Below, piece after piece: positions 1 to 8,800 of a DNA stretch of 64,000 nt. The DNA is from Clostridia bacterium. Its GTDB lineage: Bacteria; Bacillota; Clostridia; UBA1212; DUPL01. Both the position numbers and the translations under genes were made by a program. Position 1 is the first letter of the stretch. Every line of letters starts with the position of its first letter. The stretch lies in NCBI GenBank assembly GCA_050951325.1, contig JBMNIW010000012.1, positions 640,001 to 704,000 of the forward strand, written 5' to 3'. The notes below the pieces were generated by a model that was not told the DNA's origin, searched no databases, and saw nothing but the letters and a program-made list of their open reading frames with translations.

Positions 1-2235
1 CGCATGAATGGTTATGCAGTGACAATATATGAAGCGATGCCTGAACTTGGCGGTATGCTAATGTATGGAATTCCAGAGTACAGACTGCCCAAGGAAGTTC
101 TGAAAAAAGAAATTGACATGATTCTTTCCATGGGAGTGCAAGTAAAAACGAACACTAAAATTGGTTGCGACATTTCACTTGATGATATAAAAAAAGAATA
201 TGATGCGGTGATTGTTGCAATTGGAGCCTGGAAAAGCTCAAGAATGAATATTCCGGGTGAAGATCTGCATGGAGTGTACGGTGGTATTGATTTCTTGCGT
301 AATGTTGCAATGTCCGATGTTCAGCATGAGAGTAGGGATAAGATTGTATCTTCATTGAGTATTGGCAAGAGAGTGGCCGTTGTAGGTGGTGGAAACACAG
401 CAATGGACGCCTGCAGGACAGCAGTTAGAGTAGGAGCTTCAGAGGTCTACACTCTATATAGAAGAACCAGAGAGGAAATGCCGGCTGACCCGGTTGAGGT
501 TGAGGAAGCCATGGAAGAGGGCGTCATTTTTAAGTTTCTTTCCAATCCTGTGGAGATTATTGGAGAAGATAACAAAGTAAAAAGAATAAAGGTTCAAAAG
601 ATGAAGCTGGGCGAGCCGGATGCGTCTGGCAGAAGATCACCCGTACCCATAGAAGGTGCATTTGAGGAACTGGAAGTGGATGCGGTAATAATTGCAATAG
701 GACAGAGCATTGATATTGAGGGATTTGAATCATTGCAGACCACCAGGAAGCGAACAATCATAGCTGATGAAAATACATTTATGACAAGCATGGAGGGTGT
801 GTTTGCATGCGGAGATGTGACAAATGCAGGACCTGATATTGCAATTGCAGCAATTGGAGAAGCGCAGAAGGCTGCCTATTCCGTTCACAAATACCTTGGT
901 GGCGAGATAGACCACATCTTTGGCAATATCAAGGAATATGACTTTTACTCCAAGAGGGAAGTTACTCCGGAAGACATAAGAGAGATATTTAAAGACAGGG
1001 AAATCGAGTACAGACCTGATATTGATATTATTGAAGCTGACATAAGAAGAAAGAACTTCCAAGAGTACGTACCCATATACACTGAGGAAGAAGCTAAAAG
1101 AGAAGCTATGCGCTGTCTTGAATGCGGTTGCATGGATTACTTTGAATGCAAGTTGATCGATTATGCAAACAAGTATGGAGTTGCACCTGAAAGATTTGCA
1201 GGTGATGTTCATAATAGAAGAAAACCAAGCACCCATCTTCATATAGTCAGGGATTCCGACAAGTGCATACTCTGCGGTCTATGTGTAAGATTGTGTGAGG
1301 AAGTAAGAGGAGTTACCGCTTTGGGTCTTGTTGGACGAGGTTTTGACACAATTGTGGAGCCCGAAATGAGAAAAGTACTTGAGGAAACCGAATGTGACTC
1401 CTGCGGATTGTGCGTGTCTGCATGTCCAACCGGAGCTCTTGTGGAAAAACAGTCATTAATAAAGGCAGTTCCTTTGAATGAAAAATACACAGTATCTACA
1501 TGCGGGTTGTGCAGCAAGGCGTGCAGCATAAAAGTTGCTACTTATGGAAACCATGTTGTGCGCGTACTGCCTGTATCAGATGCGAGGACTGCTGATATAC
1601 TTTGCATAAAAGGCAGATTCATGTATGTAGATGTTCTATCAAACGACAGGTTAAAGAGTGCATATATTAACGACAGGGAGTGCGATGTTGAAAAAGCCTG
1701 TGAGTATATAATTGAGGAAATAAGAAAGAATACAGGTAAAAAAGTTGTTTTTGTATCTGCCGACTATACGAACGAGCAGGTCGACAAAGTGCTTCTATTT
1801 GCCAAGGCAATTGGTGCGGAAGTTGTTTCCGGTATATTGAGGCAACATAAGTTTGATGATGCATCTGCCTTTGCAGGCGTAAACGAATTTGGTCTGAGAG
1901 TGAAAGGCATAAAGGCATTAGAGGATGCTGCAAACCTCAAGGAAGAAATTGAAAATGGCGATGTGGAAGTGCTGGTTTCTTTTGGAGATAAACTTGAGGG
2001 TATCAACCTTGACAATGTTAATTTCAAGGCATTCATGAGTTTGCACATGCCAAAACATGAAGGTGTGAATGTATTACTGCCAGACAGCTCATATTTTGAA
2101 ATCATCGGTACATTTACAAAAAAGAGTGAAGACGGTACTTTTGAAGACAGGGAAGTAAATGCATGCATTAAGCCGTTTGGTGGAATTAGCAGCTCTGAAA
2201 TATTGGATAATTTGTGTGGCAAGGTGTGTGAATAA
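1..2235 (+). CDS. 5'-truncated large Fe-S flavoprotein: GltD/NfnB-like FAD/NAD(P)H domain fused to NuoG/FdhA-like Fe-S domains (StnC / Nfn-Bfu large-subunit-like)
   Basis: Frame is open from base 1. GltD motifs GGMLMYGIPEYRLP, VVGGGNTAMD, GVFACGD; EAMRCLECGC..CKL; two CxxCxxCxxxC motifs (CILCGLCVRLC, CDSCGLCVSACP); CGLCSKAC..C cluster; short degenerate molybdopterin-like C-terminus. Confidence 0.8.
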   Translation, partial: RMNGYAVTIYEAMPELGGMLMYGIPEYRLPKEVLKKEIDMILSMGVQVKTNTKIGCDISLDDIKKEYDAVIVAIGAWKSSRMNIPGEDLHGVYGGIDFLRNVAMSDVQHESRDKIVSSLSIGKRVAVVGGGNTAMDACRTAVRVGASEVYTLYRRTREEMPADPVEVEEAMEEGVIFKFLSNPVEIIGEDNKVKRIKVQKMKLGEPDASGRRSPVPIEGAFEELEVDAVIIAIGQSIDIEGFESLQTTRKRTIIADENTFMTSMEGVFACGDVTNAGPDIAIAAIGEAQKAAYSVHKYLGGEIDHIFGNIKEYDFYSKREVTPEDIREIFKDREIEYRPDIDIIEADIRRKNFQEYVPIYTEEEAKREAMRCLECGCMDYFECKLIDYANKYGVAPERFAGDVHNRRKPSTHLHIVRDSDKCILCGLCVRLCEEVRGVTALGLVGRGFDTIVEPEMRKVLEETECDSCGLCVSACPTGALVEKQSLIKAVPLNEKYTVSTCGLCSKACSIKVATYGNHVVRVLPVSDARTADILCIKGRFMYVDVLSNDRLKSAYINDRECDVEKACEYIIEEIRKNTGKKVVFVSADYTNEQVDKVLLFAKAIGAEVVSGILRQHKFDDASAFAGVNEFGLRVKGIKALEDAANLKEEIENGDVEVLVSFGDKLEGINLDNVNFKAFMSLHMPKHEGVNVLLPDSSYFEIIGTFTKKSEDGTFEDREVNACIKPFGGISSSEILDNLCGKVCE

Positions 2236-2741
2236 TGCGCAACAAGGTTATGTATATAACAACGGCGGCTATGATAGCTGCCATATATACAGCTCTTACA
2301 TTGGCAGGTGTAGGTTTTGCTTACGGGTCTGTACAGTTTAGGTTTTCTGAAGCGCTGAGTATTTTGCCAGTATTTACCCCTGCGGCAATACCAGGCCTTA
2401 CAATAGGCTGTGTTATAGCAAATCTGATAGGACCGTATGGAATTGCTGACGTTGTACTCGGCTCAATCGCCACATTGTTGTCTGCCTTGTTTGCATATGC
2501 TACAAGAAATATCAGGGTTTGGAAACTTCCGCTTTTAGCGCCTTTGGGAGCTGTGGTTTTTAATGCGTTTATTGTTAGTGCGATAATATTCTTCTTTACA
2601 CCTGAAGATGTTGCCTATTTTATCTCTGTTATCTGGATAGGGTTAGGTCAGCTGGCATCTTGCTACGGCCTTGGAATACCCCTCTTTTATATACTTGACA
2701 AATCAAAACTGTTTGACAGATTCAACGGTTATACTCACTAA
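2235..2741 (+). CDS. queT: QueT-family queuosine-precursor transporter (ECF-type S component)
   Basis: AMIAAIYTALT..AYGSVQFRFSEAL..AIPGLTIGCVIAN signature; hydrophobic; start overlaps the upstream stop (TAATG). Confidence 0.85.
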   Translation: MRNKVMYITTAAMIAAIYTALTLAGVGFAYGSVQFRFSEALSILPVFTPAAIPGLTIGCVIANLIGPYGIADVVLGSIATLLSALFAYATRNIRVWKLPLLAPLGAVVFNAFIVSAIIFFFTPEDVAYFISVIWIGLGQLASCYGLGIPLFYILDKSKLFDRFNGYTH

Positions 2742-2770
2742 CCAGAAAAAGAATTATATTAGAGTATGGA

Positions 2771-2804
2771 TTAACGGCTAAAAGAAAAAGCCGTTAATTT
2801 TTTT
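2771..2804 (+). terminator. Rho-independent terminator after queT
   Basis: TTAACGGCT..AGCCGTTAA 9-bp stem followed by a T7 run. Confidence 0.85.
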
Positions 2805-2833
2805 ATATATAAAAAGAGAAATTGGCAATACTA
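2803..2833 (+). promoter_or_regulatory. Candidate sigmaF/sigmaG (forespore) promoter of the glucan synthase gene
   Basis: GGCAATACTA (2824-2833) fits the sigmaF -10 pattern GGnnAnAnTA; TTATA/ATATA lies 14-16 nt upstream but lacks the consensus G; GAGGAGG RBS follows. Confidence 0.45.
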
Positions 2834-2850
2834 AAAGAGGAGGTGTTTCT

Positions 2851-5800
2851 GTGATTTTCAAAGAAGTACTTGGTAGAGACTCATTTATCAAAAGAGCGGA
2901 AATGGCTGCTCATTCTCATCATATTAAAGGAAAGTGCAAAAAATGGCCAAGACACTTGCCAAAACCCCAAGAGCTAAAAGATGTAATTGAGAATACGTAT
3001 AGAAGGATTGCTTCCAGATATATCGAAGAAAGAAGTGTGGCGATGCCTGCTGAGGAATGGATAGCGGACAACTACCATTTTATTAAAGGGCAGCTGAACA
3101 CATTCGAAGATCTGGGCAAACAGATAAAGTATCTTCCGATGATAGAAAGAAGTGACATTAAAGGGTACTCGGAGCTCAGAATATACTCAATTTGTTCCGA
3201 GATAGTCGAGTATACGGACGGTTTGGTGGATGAAGGTGCCATTTCTGATTATCTTGACAGTTATCAGAAGATATCTCCTCTGAAAACAGCGGAGCTTGCA
3301 GTTATTGCACCCATGCTGAGACTTGCCTTATTGAATCGTATTGCCTTGGTATGCAAAATGACCGATAGAGTAACGGAAGAAAGGCATGAGTCAGAACTTA
3401 TGTTTAACCGTTACGTTAATTACATTGAAGGAAAAGGTGCAAGCAATAGAGCTCTTGAAAAATGGATATCCAGTGTGGGAGATTTGTCTCCTGTGTTTGC
3501 TGAGACCATTTTGAGACTCGCTGCAAAATGGTCGGATGACACAGAACAATTTAGAAACATCCTGAAGCGCAAGCTGGCGGGCAGGGGTATCACACTTGAT
3601 GAGCTGATTGCAAAAGAACACAAGACAAGGAGTGCCTTGGGTGTATCCGTTGGAAACGCAATTACAGGACTTAACAACTTAACATCCATCCATTGGAGTG
3701 CCTTGCTAAAAAAACTTAGCATTGTGGAACAGATTCTATTGAAAGACCCTGTGGATGTTTTCAGCAAAATGGGACGACAAAGTAGAACCTACTACGTGTA
3801 CCTCATTGATGTATATGCGCGAAGAATGGGTGTTTCTGCAGAAAGTGTTGCAATGACCGCTATTGAGCTTGCCTCAGCTTCATCGTCTCCGCAGCATGTT
3901 GGATATTATCTTTATAAAGAAGGGTATAGAGACCTTAAGAAGGCGGTATCCGAGAAATTTAAAACCAGAAAGCCAATGTTCAGCATAAAACCAAGGGGCT
4001 TGCAAGCTGGTGTGATGTTTCTTACATCATTAGCTATATTTAGTGTTATTCTTGGATTCCTGCCGCTTATATATATTATTTATGCAATAACCAGGAACTA
4101 CAACGGCATTGTGATAAATCTGCTCCTTGCAGCAGGTTTGATTCTGCCGCTGCTGGTAATTGTGCAGAATATTGCAATACCTATACTTCAAAAGATTTTT
4201 GCAAAGCTTTATCCTCCAAGACCACTGCCTCATATGGACTTCTCCAGCGGTATCCCTGATGATTGCAAGGTGATGTGCATCATACCCGCAGTAATAGACA
4301 GTCCTGAACGGGCAAAGGATTTGGTAAGGCAGCTTGAGATATTGTATCTTGCCAACAGAGAAGATAATATCTATTATTCCTTGGTCGGAGATTTCAAGGA
4401 AAGTCCCCGGCAAACAGAAGACATGGACAGGAGTATTGTAAAAGCCGCTTATGACAGTGTTGAGGAACTGGATAAGAAGTATGGTGTAGACAACCGGTTC
4501 TTTTTCTTTTACAGGGAGCGAGTTTTCTATGAAAAAGAAAACAAGTACATGGGGTACGAACGAAAAAGAGGAGCAATAATTGAATTTAACAATCTGCTTA
4601 TTGGGAAATCCAATTCATTTAAATCTAATGCAAAGGGAGACATGCCTGATATCAAGTATGTTTTAACGATTGATGCGGATACCTTTGTGCCAGGTGGCAG
4701 CATAAGACAGATGGTGGAAATCATGGAGCACCCTCTGAACGTGCCTGTTGTAAAAGACAATGTTGTAGTAGACGGATATGGAATACTGCAGCCATCAATA
4801 GTTCAAGGCATGAGTTATAAAAGCCCGAACTTTTTTACCAGCTGTTATTCATGCCAACCGGGTGTGGATTGTTACTTTTCACAGACTTCAGACTTCTACT
4901 TTGACACTTGTTATGAAGGAATCTTCACCGGCAAGGGAATGTACAATCCAGCACTTTTTAATGCCCTGTTGGAAGATGCCTTTCCAGACAATTCAATACT
5001 AAGCCACGATTTGATTGAAGGCTCATATCTTAGAACGGCCTTTGCATCTAATATCAGATTTTATGATTCTTTCCCAGGCAGTTACGATTCATATGTGAGG
5101 AGACTTCATAGATGGACGAGGGGAGATTGGCAACTCCTGCCTTTCAAGAAAAAAACCATAATAGACAAAAAAGGCAGGAAGAGAAAAAATCCATTGAACT
5201 TTCTGTCCATTTTTAAAATAAATGCAAATTTTATTCGAAGTCTATTGGCGCCAAGTGTACTGCTGACGTATATAATCGGGATGCTTGCATTAAGGTCATA
5301 CTTTGTCTTTTGGCATGTGTTGCTTGCAATTACAATGTATCTTCCTTTTATACTGTCTCCTTCGTTGGGGCTGTTGAAGCAATGCACACTGCGGATTGTA
5401 TTTCTGCCTCATGAGGCATATGTCATGGCAGACAGTATAGTCAGAACATTATGGAGAGTGTATGTTAGCAGAAAGAATCTTTTGTCATGGGTGACATCTG
5501 CAGACAGTGAGAAACTGACCAAAGGCTCTTTTGCATATTACTGCAAAAATATGTGGTTCTCATTTATTGCGGCAATAATTATACCGGGCATTACAACTCC
5601 AATATGGTTCTTTGCCCCATTTGTTGCAAAGATAATAAGCAACAACAAATGTGACAAAGTAGTTGATGAAGCGGAAAACAGGAGAAACAGGTCAATAGGC
5701 ATATTGTCCCGTAAGATATGGGCATTTTACGAAGACTATGCAGGGAAGCAGGACAATTACCTGCCTCCTGACAACGTTCAGTTTGAACCTGTGTATTCAA

Positions 5801-8800
5801 TTGCTCACAGAACATCTCCTACCAATATAGGGTATCTGATACTAAGTTGTGTTATTGCCTACAATATGGGTTATATTACTTTTTGCAATATGATCGAAAG
5901 GCTTGAGAATATAATGAACACGATTGACCGCATGGAGAAATGGAAGGGGCATTTGTACAACTGGTATGACACGATTTCGCTTGTCCCCCTGACTCCGATA
6001 TTTGTGTCGACCGTCGACAGTGGCAACTTGATGGCAGCATTACTTTGCTCGGCACAAATAATTAGGGAGACAGTTGAAAGACATGACAGCGAAGATAATA
6101 AATTGTACCGAGATAAAGTTATTACTTCACAGGCACATGGTCTTCTTGACCTTATCAATACTTTGAACGAGTATGCAGATGTGGAAAGGAAGGTCGACAA
6201 GGAGGCGGTGGAGAGTTTCCTCAATAATAGCGAGAAGACAATAGAAGAATGGAATTATGTACTTTCTCATTATAACTCCGATTCGAACTTCGAAAACGTT
6301 AACCAGAATGAATCTACAAAAGCGTTTGCATTAAGGGTAAAACTAAAAGACGCGGTAAGTGCTTTTATTGAAGAACTCAATATTGATTCTATTTCTATTT
6401 GCCGCGACAGGGCGAATGAAATTATTAAAAGAATGGAGGACCTTGCTCTTGGATTTGATTTCAAACCTTTATACAATGAGCAAAAGCAGCTGTTTTCTGT
6501 TGGATATTCTCTTAATGAAAGAAGAAGGTCGGGTGCTCATTATGATATTGTAGCCTCCGAGGCAAGACTTACAAGCTACCTTGCGATAGCGAAAGGCGAT
6601 GTGGGATATGAGCATTTCTTCAAGATGGCTAGAAGATACTCGGAAGAGACGGGTGTTCTTTTGTCATGGGCAGGCACTACTTTTGAATACCTTTTGCCTG
6701 AGGCATTTTTTAAAGTCTGCGAAGATTCCTTGTGGAGGAAGGTTTGCGATATCGCTGTTGAGATTCAAATGGAGTATGGGAAGGAATACGGCATACCATG
6801 GGGCGTGTCCGAGTCTTGTTTTAACGCCATGGAAGTCAATATGAACTTCAAGTATAAAGCGTTTGGAGTTCCCGAACTCGGAATTCGTCGCAACCATAAT
6901 ACTGAGAGAGTGGTTTCGCCTTACTCTTCACTCATGGCTATTGACAGAAAGCCTGATGAAGTAATTAAGAATCTGGAGAGGTTCAAAGAGGTGGGCGCTT
7001 ATGGAATATATGGGTATTGCGAGGCAGTCGACTATACACAAGGTCGCATGGGTGTCGTAAAAAGCTTTATGGCGCATCATTTGGGTATGTCATTTGCGGC
7101 AATTGCGAACTTTGCACTAGATGATTTGATTAGAGAAAACTTTAGTGCGATTCCACTTGTTGAATCGTGCAAATGGCTGCTGACTGAAAAAATGCCCTGC
7201 AAGCATTTGCGCAAGTGGAAGCTGGTTTCCGGCAATCATATACTAGGCTTCCTGACAAAGAAGGCATATATTGGCAATAGAAAAGCATATGACGACAGGC
7301 AGAATGACAAGAAAGACAGATATAATGAGCTAGGAACACAGGAGAATCATGAATGCAACCATGCTGCAGACTTGCGCGAAATTACTTCTTTTGGTGGAGC
7401 TCTTCCGGATTGTCATCTGCTGTCAAATGGCAATTACCACGTAATGATTACAGCTGACGGTGTCGGCTACTCAAAATGTGGAGAGATTGGGATAACAAGA
7501 TGGTTTGGAGGCATAGAAAGGGAGATTGTTGGTTTCTTCATTTATGTGAGGGTGAGGGAAACAGGAGAGGTGTTTTCACTGACCTATAATCCTGTTGCAA
7601 AAAAAGCGGATAAACAAGTTGTATATTTCTACAATGACCGTGCCTTGTTCAAGAGAAGAGACGGGGATTTGGAAAGTGAGCTTGAGATTTTTGTGTCTCC
7701 TGAAGAGAACGCAGAGATCAGAAGGGTCAAGTTCACAAGTAACTCCGAGCAGAACTTGCACCTAGAGGTAACATGCGTGTGTGAGCTTACCATGACCTCT
7801 TGGATGTCACATCAATCTCATCCTGCTTACTCGGACCTAATGATTGTAACCGAGGCAAATCCAAGCGAGTACACCCTTATAGCGAAAAGGAAGTATAAGG
7901 ACGAGCCAAGCAATCTCACCTATGCATGCATGGTGGCGTCATCAAAATCAGGAGATATTTCTGCTTTCTCTTATGATACTGATTTTTTAACCTTTATGGG
8001 AAGAAACAGAGATTATGAGAATCCAAAATCAATGGAGGCAAATGCGCCTCTTTCAGGAAACCATGGTGCGGTTATTACTCCTTGTTTTTCAATGCGCTGC
8101 ATGATTAGCGTACCTGCAGGCGAGAGTGATACACTGGCCTTTACGTTGGGATACGCTGAAAGCAGAGATGCAATATATGAAATAGTTGACAAGTTTCGCA
8201 ACATTAGAAACACGGAAAGGGCTCTCAGCCTTGCTGAAACAAGATGCGTTATTGAACAGGAATATGTCGAAGTGCTGCCGGGTGAGAGAAAGGCCTTCCT
8301 CAGTACACTTTCGCATATTGTCTTTATGAGCCCTGTGAGGATCTTGTTTTCAGGTGCGATTAGTCGTGGTCAGGATATTGTTGCCAGCTTGTGGGAATTG
8401 GGAATTTCGGGTGATAACCCGATTGTTACAGTGTTTGCACAAAAAATCGAGAACTACAACTTTCTTGAAAGAATGATAAGGATGTGGAGGTTTTTCAGCT
8501 TCAGGGGCTTTGTGTTAGACCTGGCGATAATAACTGAAGAAGGTGGCGAGTATGTAAGCTCTCAAAAGGATGCTGCAGAAAGCCTTGCTGCAAAAGCACT
8601 TGCTGGCAGCTACCATGTGCGTGGTAATATTTATGTAATACAGCCCATGGAGAAAAACAGACGAGCATTGGAATGTTTGCTTGCAGCTAGCTGTATAGTT
8701 CTTAAGCCATCTAGTCAGAGTCAGGAAAATGCAAAAGCTGTTGCTGGAAAGGAAAAGCTTTACCGAAACATGATTATGGCTGGAAATGAGTTTGCGCTCA

